Positions 16,818 to 24,101 of a stretch of DNA of 26,831 nt are shown one piece after another. Under the pieces are notes generated by a model, which saw only the letters and a program-made list of their open reading frames with translations, was not told the origin of the DNA and ran no database searches. The position numbers were made by a program, and so were the translations under genes. The stretch lies in sequence record DRR723986_6241; one strand, 5' to 3'. The first letter of the stretch is position 1; each line of letters starts with the position of its first letter.

Positions 16818-18215
16818 GTGTCTGACAGTTTCGCTGAATTAGGAAACCGGACCAAGACCATTGGGGTCAGCGAGCGCCTCGTCGATTTCGTCTGCGCCAC
16901 GCGTTTTGAAGACCTGGGTCCGCAGGCCGTCGAAAAAGTCAAAACCTTCCTGATGGACACACTTGCCGTCGGCGTAGCGGGCCGGTGCACTGCCGGGTCG
17001 GACGCGATGCTGAAAGCGGTCGCGACATGGGGGGATGGTGAGGCCGCGCGCGTTATCGGCCGCCCCGGCCTTCGCCTGCCGGCGCCCTCGGCCGCCTTCC
17101 TGAATGGGTATCAGTGTCACTGTCTGGAATGGGATTGTCTTCACGAGGAAGCTGTCGTGATCGCCATGTGTGTTCCCGTCGCGGCGCTGGCGGCAGAGGT
17201 CGAGCAGACGCCTGCGTCGGGAGCAAAGCTTCTCACTGCGCTCACCCTCGCCGTCGAAATTGCTGTGACCCTCGGCAAAGCCTCGCAGACAGCGCCGCGC
17301 TTTTTCCGTCCCGCCGTCAGCGGTCTGATGGGCGCTGCGCTCGGCGTCGCATATTTGCGCGGTTACGGTCGGGACCTCATGTTGCAGACACTCGGACATG
17401 CCTATTCGCAGGCGTCGGGCACAATGCAGGCCCATTGGGAAGGCGCCATGGTGCTTGCTGGACAGGTCGGTGTCGGTGCGAGGGCATCTCTCTATGCTGC
17501 TGACATGGCCGCGGCTGGCATCAAAGCCCCCCTCGATGTGATTATGGGCCAGTTCGGGTTCTTCAAACTGTTCGAAACGGCAGAGACGATTGATGAGGGC
17601 CTGGCTGAGCTGGGGAAACCCTGGAAGGTGACCCAGCTGGCGCACAAGCCCTACCCTGCCGGCCGCGCCACGCAATCGGTTCTGACCATGTTTGAAGACC
17701 TGCAGGCGCAGTCGCCATTCAAGCCTTCGGATATTGAAGCCGTGAACATAGACGTTCCGCCTCTGATCATGCTGCTCGTTGGGCGGCCGCTGGAAGAGAC
17801 GATGACGTCATCTTATGCCCGACTGTGCCTCAAAGTCATCGGACCGATGTTCCTCCTGGACGGCGAAGTCGATCCCCGGCGCCTGCCGGAAGATGCGCCT
17901 GCGCCGGCTGATGTCCACGCGCTCGGCGAACGCTTCAACATCCGCCTGAATGATTGCACTGATCCGAATGCCCTTAATCCGCAGGCCTGCGAGATCCTTC
18001 TGAAGGATGGCCGAATGCTGAAGGCGCAATGCGACCATCCTTACGGCGCCATTGAGAACCCAATGAACAAGGACGCGCGCGAAGCGAAAGTCGGGCGGTG
18101 TTTCGAGATCGGCGCAACCGGTGCGGACCCGGAGAAACTTATCGAACTCGCCGGTCGCGCCGAAACGCTTGGCGATGCGCGCGACCTCTTCTCGACTGTT
18201 TATTCAGGACGTTGA
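16818..18215 (+). CDS. MmgE/PrpD-family protein
   Basis: 465 aa. Motifs DTLAVGVAG, AAFLNGYQCHCLEWD, AYSQASG, G.FGFF and HKPYP. The GTG start has a weak RBS. Confidence 0.88.
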   Translation: MSDSFAELGNRTKTIGVSERLVDFVCATRFEDLGPQAVEKVKTFLMDTLAVGVAGRCTAGSDAMLKAVATWGDGEAARVIGRPGLRLPAPSAAFLNGYQCHCLEWDCLHEEAVVIAMCVPVAALAAEVEQTPASGAKLLTALTLAVEIAVTLGKASQTAPRFFRPAVSGLMGAALGVAYLRGYGRDLMLQTLGHAYSQASGTMQAHWEGAMVLAGQVGVGARASLYAADMAAAGIKAPLDVIMGQFGFFKLFETAETIDEGLAELGKPWKVTQLAHKPYPAGRATQSVLTMFEDLQAQSPFKPSDIEAVNIDVPPLIMLLVGRPLEETMTSSYARLCLKVIGPMFLLDGEVDPRRLPEDAPAPADVHALGERFNIRLNDCTDPNALNPQACEILLKDGRMLKAQCDHPYGAIENPMNKDAREAKVGRCFEIGATGADPEKLIELAGRAETLGDARDLFSTVYSGR

Positions 18216-18227
18216 AACGGAGCCGAC

Positions 18228-18650
18228 ATGCCTCTCACCAAAGCCCAGCTCGAACATCTCGCGGTCGACCGGTACTTTCGCGGGTTCAACCGGCACGACG
18301 AAGCTTCGGTCATGGGCACCTTTGCCGAAGACTGCATCATGACGTTCAGCGCAGCCGATCGCGAGTTCGAAGGACTGGAGTCTCTTCTCGAGCATACTCG
18401 GGAATTCATCGAGACCTTCCCGACCATCAACTTCCACAAGTTCCAGAGCGTCATCGACGCCCGCGCGCAGGAGATTGCCGTCCGGTTCATCGTTCAGCTG
18501 ATTGATGCAAAGGGAGACGAAGTCGTCATGAACAATTGCAACTTCTTCCGCGTCAATCGGGCCGGGCTGTTTTCCGAAGTGGCCATCTTCAATTCGGGCA
18601 AGCTCGACAAAGGCTTCAGGGCCGGCAACACGACCGACGCGACCTGGTAA
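18228..18650 (+). CDS. NTF2/SnoaL-like protein
   Basis: GGAG RBS. 140 aa with YFRGFNRHD....GTFAEDC, then a beta-rich C-terminal half (NCNFFRV...G). Confidence 0.8.
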   Translation: MPLTKAQLEHLAVDRYFRGFNRHDEASVMGTFAEDCIMTFSAADREFEGLESLLEHTREFIETFPTINFHKFQSVIDARAQEIAVRFIVQLIDAKGDEVVMNNCNFFRVNRAGLFSEVAIFNSGKLDKGFRAGNTTDATW

Positions 18651-18792
18651 AAGCTTTGCTCGGAGCGAATGATCGCGCAGCGGCTTTTTCGAAACGGCAA
18701 ACCAAACAGATCGCGCCCCTCACCTAATACCGGCAGGCGTAGCAGGCGACTTCGCGCGGCCTGCCTGATGGCTCTAACCGGAGTGAAAAAGG

Positions 18793-20208
18793 ATGGCGCA
18801 AACACTCTATGAGAAGCTCTGGAATGCGCATGTCGTGAAGACATATTCCGACCGAGACGCGCTGATCTATATCGACCGGCATCTCGTCCAGGAAGTTTCC
18901 AGCCCGCAGGCATTTGAGGGACTGAAAAAGCGGAATATGGCGCTGCGCCGGCCAGATGCCCACCTCGCCGTCGCTGATCATGCGGTGCCGACGACGGATA
19001 GAAACAGCCCGATACGCGACCAGCTGGCACGCCAGCAGATTGACAGGCTGATTGAGAATTCGAACCGGTTCGGCATACCTTACATTCCATTGTCCGATGT
19101 GCGGCACGGCATTGTTCACGTGATCGGGCCGGAGCTTGCATTTACGTTACCAGGCGCCACGCTCGTCTGCGGTGACAGCCACACATCAACGCATGGGGCC
19201 TTTGGCGCGCTCGCCTTCGGCATAGGGTCAAGCGAATGCGAAACCGTTTTCGCCACCCAGTGTTTGAGGCAGACCCGACAAAAGACGATGCGCGTCCAGC
19301 TCGATGGTGAGCTTTGCCCCGGCGTCACAGCCAAGGACATCATTCTGGCCCTGATCTCCAAAATCGGCACAGCCGGGGGCCAGAACCATGCCATGGAATA
19401 TTGCGGCACGGCTGTGGATGCGATGTCGATGGAAGCACGCATGACGCTTTGCAACATGTCCATCGAAGCGGGCGCTCGGATTGGAATTATTGCCCCTGAC
19501 GAGACGACATTCGCGTATCTGAATGGACGTCCGCTCGCGCCAAAAGGCAAGGCATGGGACGACGCTGTGGCACACTGGCGCGAGCTTCAAAGTGATCCAG
19601 ACGCAGAATTCGACCGCGCAATCGAACTCGATGTGAGATCTCTGTCCCCCTACGTTTCATGGGGCACAACACCGGCAGATAGTCTGCCAATCGGTAGCCG
19701 TGTTCCGGCGCTGGATCCTGACAAGTCGCCTGCCTCGAACACGCGGCTGAAAAACATGCTGGCCTATATGGGCCTCTCGCCCGGCCAGCGGCTTGAGGAC
19801 ATAGCGATAGACCGCGTCTTCATTGGCTCGTGCACAAATAGCCGGATCGAGGATTTGCGGGCAGCCGCCGCCATTGTGAGGGGAAGACGCGTCGCAGATC
19901 GTGTTCGCGCGATGGTGGTTCCCGGATCTGCCGCGGTACAGAAGCAAGCCGAGGACGAAGGTCTGGACGCGATATTCCGCAAAGCAGGCTTCGAGTGGCG
20001 CGATGCCGGATGCTCAATGTGCGTTGCCATGAATGAGGACCGGCTGGAACCTGGCGAGCGGTGCGCGTCTACTTCGAACCGGAATTTCGAAGGCCGACAG
20101 GGCTCAGAGGGCCGCACGCACTTGATGAGTCCGCAAATGGCTGCCGCAGCTGCGATCACCGGGCGCCTGACAGATGTCCGGAAGCTGCTGGAGGAGGCCT
20201 ATGCGTAA
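18793..20208 (+). CDS. leuC: LeuC-type [4Fe-4S] dehydratase/hydratase large subunit (probably a catabolic maleate-type hydratase)
   Basis: Motifs [63 protein letters not shown] and [12 protein letters not shown]. All three cluster cysteines are present. Confidence 0.93.
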   Translation: MAQTLYEKLWNAHVVKTYSDRDALIYIDRHLVQEVSSPQAFEGLKKRNMALRRPDAHLAVADHAVPTTDRNSPIRDQLARQQIDRLIENSNRFGIPYIPLSDVRHGIVHVIGPELAFTLPGATLVCGDSHTSTHGAFGALAFGIGSSECETVFATQCLRQTRQKTMRVQLDGELCPGVTAKDIILALISKIGTAGGQNHAMEYCGTAVDAMSMEARMTLCNMSIEAGARIGIIAPDETTFAYLNGRPLAPKGKAWDDAVAHWRELQSDPDAEFDRAIELDVRSLSPYVSWGTTPADSLPIGSRVPALDPDKSPASNTRLKNMLAYMGLSPGQRLEDIAIDRVFIGSCTNSRIEDLRAAAAIVRGRRVADRVRAMVVPGSAAVQKQAEDEGLDAIFRKAGFEWRDAGCSMCVAMNEDRLEPGERCASTSNRNFEGRQGSEGRTHLMSPQMAAAAAITGRLTDVRKLLEEAYA

Positions 20209-20815
20209 ATTCTCGACCCTGAAGAGCATCGCGGCACCAATCCTGGAAAGCGACATCGATACAGACATCATCTTCCCGGCGCGCTTCCTGCTTTTGCTGA
20301 GCCGCGACGGCATCGGCCAGTATGCGTTTCACGGCTGGCGGAATGATCCGAGACGCGACAGCACATTTGTTCTCGATCAGCCGCGATACGCCGGTGCGGA
20401 GATCATCGTCGCCGGCGAACGATTTGGTGTCGGCTCCTCGCGGGAGCATGCCGTCTGGGCGCTTTTAGACTTTGGAATAAAGTGCATCATCGCGCCGAGC
20501 TTCGGCGACATTTTTTGCGCCAATTGCCTGAAGAATGGCGTACTGCCCATCAGACTTGAAGAGGCGGGCTATGAGCAGGTCAAACAGGCCGCGCTGGCGG
20601 CAGACCCGATTGAAGTCGATCTGCCAGATCAAAATATCCGGATCGCAGACTCACCTCCGCTCGAGTTTGATATCGCCGCCGCAGGCAAAACGGCGCTGCT
20701 GAGAGGGCTGGACGAAATCGACATGATCCTTGCCGAAGATGCAGAGGCGATAGGCCAATTCGAACAAGGGCAGAAAGAAAAGGCACCCTGGCTCTGGCTG
20801 GACGGTGGGATCTGA
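20201..20815 (+). CDS. leuD: LeuD-type small subunit
   Basis: GGAGG RBS precedes ATG 20201, which overlaps the leuC end. Motifs [39 protein letters not shown] and GLDEI. Confidence 0.93.
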   Translation: MRKFSTLKSIAAPILESDIDTDIIFPARFLLLLSRDGIGQYAFHGWRNDPRRDSTFVLDQPRYAGAEIIVAGERFGVGSSREHAVWALLDFGIKCIIAPSFGDIFCANCLKNGVLPIRLEEAGYEQVKQAALAADPIEVDLPDQNIRIADSPPLEFDIAAAGKTALLRGLDEIDMILAEDAEAIGQFEQGQKEKAPWLWLDGGI

Positions 20816-20819
20816 CACA

Positions 20820-21698
20820 ATGACGAAACCAGACCTGAAAGCGGCGCTCATGAGCGGAAAATTTGTCGCCGCGCCCGGCATCTACGACATGATTGCCGCA
20901 GTTGTGGCAAACAAAGTCGGTTTCGATTTCGTCTACGCATCAGGCTACTGGTCAGTTGCCTCAGCCTATGGCCTGCCTGATGCCGGCATCGCGACTTATA
21001 CCCAGATGGTTGATCGGGTCGCCACACTGTGCCGGACGTCTAATCCAGGCGTGATTGCAGATGCCGATACCGGCTATGGCGGTCTGCTAAACGTCCATCA
21101 CACGGTGCGAGGCTACGAAACCGCAGGCGTTGTTGCGATCCAGATTGAGGACCAGGAGTTCCCAAAGAAATGCGGCCACACCCCTTTCAAGAGAGTGATC
21201 CCGGTCGAAGACATGGTCGACAAGATCAAGGTCGCGACTGATGCAAGGCGCAATGAAGCAACACTCATCATTGCGAGAACCGACGCGAAACAGCCTGAAG
21301 GCTTTGATAGCGCTCTGGAGAGAGCAGCCGCATATGGCGAGGCGGGCGCCGACATCATCTTCGTAGAAGCGCTGGAATCCTGCGAGGAGATGCAACGCGC
21401 CTGTTCGATGATCGACAAGCCGATGGTCGCCAATATGGCGAATGGAGGCAGCACACCGATCCTCACAGTGGATGAGCTCAAGGCCCTCGGGTATCAGATG
21501 GCGATCTTTCCGGCGATGACCGCTCTGAGCGCTGCTGCGGCCGTCGAAAAATCGCTACAAGCCCTGAAGACAATCGGCACATCTCTTCCATCCAACGTGC
21601 CCCAGTTCAGCTTTTCAGAGTTCAATGAACTCATCGGATTTCCGGAGGTGTGGGACTTTGAGCGCAAATGGGCCAAGACGCCAGAAAGTGAAAGTTGA
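20820..21698 (+). CDS. Isocitrate lyase/PEP mutase family lyase (2,3-dimethylmalate/methylisocitrate lyase-like)
   Basis: Motifs APGIYD, GLPDAG, ADADTGYG, IQIEDQEFPKKCGH (catalytic Cys loop), IIARTDA and AGADIIFVEA. Starts 4 nt after leuD. Confidence 0.92.
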   Translation: MTKPDLKAALMSGKFVAAPGIYDMIAAVVANKVGFDFVYASGYWSVASAYGLPDAGIATYTQMVDRVATLCRTSNPGVIADADTGYGGLLNVHHTVRGYETAGVVAIQIEDQEFPKKCGHTPFKRVIPVEDMVDKIKVATDARRNEATLIIARTDAKQPEGFDSALERAAAYGEAGADIIFVEALESCEEMQRACSMIDKPMVANMANGGSTPILTVDELKALGYQMAIFPAMTALSAAAAVEKSLQALKTIGTSLPSNVPQFSFSEFNELIGFPEVWDFERKWAKTPESES

Positions 21699-21813
21699 CC
21701 ATTAGTCAGATAGTCAGAAGAAAGTCCGACAGGGTTGGCCTGCTCCTTCTAAGCTTGGCACAAGTTCATCTCTATTCTTACTGAGTGTGGGTGACGAGTC
21801 TGGAGGATCTATC

Positions 21814-22686
21814 ATGCTTTCACGTAGAAGTTTCGTAACCGGGTCAGCCGCCGGCGCTCTGACAGCTGGCCTTTCCGGTGCAAGCGCTCAGGAACTGAAA
21901 TCACTGGCTCCGCCCGTCTCGCAAGTGCAATCGGACTTTCTGTATTTTGACGATCCGGTAGAAGAGTTCCGCGCCCATCTCAGAATGGAGCGTGACCTGG
22001 TCGAGGATGAAGGATCGACGATCACCTGGTATCACTGGATGGTCTTCATGATTCCGGGTGACAGGCGGCCGGAGCCGCTGATGCGCTATGAGGGCATCGA
22101 ATACAGCTACTTTCGTCACCTCGGAAACAACAACTACCGCATCCACGCACACAACATTTCGTTTCCGCGAGACCTCAAGACAAACCAGTTTACCGATCAG
22201 GTCCTCAATCCGATCACGGGCGAAACCGTCCATGCGCCGGTCTCGAAAATCCTGAATGATCCTGGCACGATCGGAAGCCCGATCGGTTTCCGCAATATCA
22301 GCGGCGACGGCTCCGTCCAGGATGTCTACCGGCAGTTCCGGCGAGAAGACAATCTGATCAAGCTCGACAGTATCCGCAGTGCTCCGCCCGATTGGCCAGC
22401 GACGCATATTGAGAATTCATGCCAGTGGGTGGATCTCGACCTGTTCGCCAATCAGACGATCACCTCCCTGCCTGTCCATTTCTGTGGCCACTATGCCTTT
22501 GAATATTATTCGTGGCTCAACATGCCGAAAGGCAAAGGCCATCTCTCTGGCTTCTGGGATGGCAAGAAACTCAACTCGCCGAGTGAAATTCCGCGTGAAA
22601 TGCTGGACCGCATGGAGCGCGAATATCCTGAACTGCTCCAGCCAAGATGGGAAGACTTTGACAAACCGGTACCATTCGAAATCTAA
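21814..22686 (+). CDS. DUF1838-family protein #3, predicted Tat-exported
   Basis: GGAGG RBS precedes ATG 21814. SRRSFV twin-arginine signal with an ASA cleavage site. Motifs P.PLMRYEG, NPITGETV...NDP and WLNM. Confidence 0.78.
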   Translation: MLSRRSFVTGSAAGALTAGLSGASAQELKSLAPPVSQVQSDFLYFDDPVEEFRAHLRMERDLVEDEGSTITWYHWMVFMIPGDRRPEPLMRYEGIEYSYFRHLGNNNYRIHAHNISFPRDLKTNQFTDQVLNPITGETVHAPVSKILNDPGTIGSPIGFRNISGDGSVQDVYRQFRREDNLIKLDSIRSAPPDWPATHIENSCQWVDLDLFANQTITSLPVHFCGHYAFEYYSWLNMPKGKGHLSGFWDGKKLNSPSEIPREMLDRMEREYPELLQPRWEDFDKPVPFEI

Positions 22687-23935
22687 CCGTTGGCGCAAGT
22701 CGCTTCTCCAAACCGCTGCTGCGTTTTGCTTCATTGCCCTTCCCGGCTGCCAGAGCGCTGCTCAGGAAGCATTTCCACCGGGCGTTACTGATCCCTATGA
22801 GGCGATTGAAGACCCGGTCTACAGCGACCCGATCTTCTGGTGGCGCATGACGTCGAGGCCGGAAAACATCTTTGAACCGGACCCTTACTTCTATTGGCCA
22901 AGCGCACATATTGAAGGCGCGCCTGGCCCTCTGGCAAAGCCCGCGTCAGCCGCTCACATCGAGCATCATACAAATGCGCTCGAGGACATGTCATCGTGGG
23001 CAGAAGCACACGAGACCTACGCCCTGATTGTAGTCCACAAGGGTGAGTTGCTGCTGGAGCGCTATTGGGATGAGACCGATCCGGAAGCGCTGACGAATGG
23101 CCGCGCTCTCACCCGAAGTGTGACGCCCATAATTCTCGGGTTTGCGGTGTCTGAGGGTGCCGTTCAACTCGACGATCCGATCGGAAAGTATATCGAAGAA
23201 TGGGCAGACGACCCGCGGGGCCAGGTTACAGTTCACCAACTCGCGCAGAATGCATCCGGCCTCGAAGTTGCCGAGCAAATGGGTCTCGAACAGATCAAGG
23301 GCAACAAGGATCTATGTCTTGTCTATTGCGGCGATGTCGTACGGGCGGCTCTTGCCTATGAGCAGGCCGCCGATCCTGGCTCGCGCTTTGATGTGGCGCA
23401 GGAAAACATGCAGCTGCTGGCGCTCGTTATTGAGCGGGCTATGGGCAAGCCTATCCAGGACATCCTGTCGGACCGCATATGGAAACACATCGGCGCTTCC
23501 GACGCGACCTTCCAGCTCGACCGGCCGGACGGCGTTGCGCGCGTCATGTGCTGCATGCGCGCCTTGCCACGTGATTGGGCGCGGCTCGGACTTTTGCTGC
23601 TAAATGACGGAAAGTGGAACGGCAAACAGGTTTTGCCGGAGGGTTGGGCGCACACAATGTCGACGCCGTCACCCGCCAATCCGAACTTCGGAACGGGTCT
23701 CTGGATCGGTTCACCCTACACGCCGATGCGGACCTATTTCGAAGGTCAGCCGGGTGTTGTGCCACAGTCGGAGCCGTTTCTCGCAGATGACGTAATCTTC
23801 CTGGAAGGCGGCGGGTTCCGCACCGTGTTCATTGTCCCGTCAGAGGATCTGGTCATCATGCGCCTCGGGCGCTTCGACGAGGCCTGGGATCACGCCTATC
23901 TGGTCAACACTTTCCTGCGGGCAGCTAACCCATAA
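22658..23935 (+). CDS. Beta-lactamase-fold lipoprotein, paralogue of 11232-12491, with degenerate catalytic motifs
   Basis: The probable start is TTG 22658 (uncertain), giving a signal peptide with lipobox LPG-C. Motifs ALIVVHKG, LAQNASGL, PGSRF, LPEGW and PSEDLVIMRLG. SxxK reads ALTR and YxN reads VAQ. Confidence 0.85.
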   Translation: MTNRYHSKSNRWRKSLLQTAAAFCFIALPGCQSAAQEAFPPGVTDPYEAIEDPVYSDPIFWWRMTSRPENIFEPDPYFYWPSAHIEGAPGPLAKPASAAHIEHHTNALEDMSSWAEAHETYALIVVHKGELLLERYWDETDPEALTNGRALTRSVTPIILGFAVSEGAVQLDDPIGKYIEEWADDPRGQVTVHQLAQNASGLEVAEQMGLEQIKGNKDLCLVYCGDVVRAALAYEQAADPGSRFDVAQENMQLLALVIERAMGKPIQDILSDRIWKHIGASDATFQLDRPDGVARVMCCMRALPRDWARLGLLLLNDGKWNGKQVLPEGWAHTMSTPSPANPNFGTGLWIGSPYTPMRTYFEGQPGVVPQSEPFLADDVIFLEGGGFRTVFIVPSEDLVIMRLGRFDEAWDHAYLVNTFLRAANP

Positions 23936-24037
23936 AATTTGTTAGGTGCCTCGCCGCTTCCAAAGTTCACCCGTCCGACACGATCGCACGCTGACGGCGA
24001 GCATTTGACTGCTCGTCCAGTTGCATCGCCGGCGCAT

Positions 24038-24069
24038 AAAAAAACTCCGGGCCAACGAGTGGCCCGGAG
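24038..24069 (-). terminator. Rho-independent terminator of the TonB-dependent receptor gene
   Basis: 10-bp stem CTCCGGGCCA-ACGAG-TGGCCCGGAG preceded by A7 on +, i.e. a U7 tail on -. It lies about 30 nt downstream of the receptor stop. Confidence 0.9.
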
Positions 24070-24101
24070 GTATGGAGGAAACTTCGAACTGGATTCGAAA
24101 T

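Noticed and set aside
18651-18812. Possible leucine attenuator upstream of leuC (GGCAGGC/GCCTGCC stem, short ORF from 18669)
   Set aside because: There is no run of Leu codons and no U-tailed terminator.
21755-21771. Sigma-54-like TTGGCAC
   Set aside because: The -12 TTGC element is absent (CATC at that position).
22379-22657. N-terminal extension of the 518-aa ORF (apparent long overlap or fusion with DUF1838 #3)
   Set aside because: It is an out-of-frame open stretch within the DUF1838 gene. The signal peptide begins near 22658.
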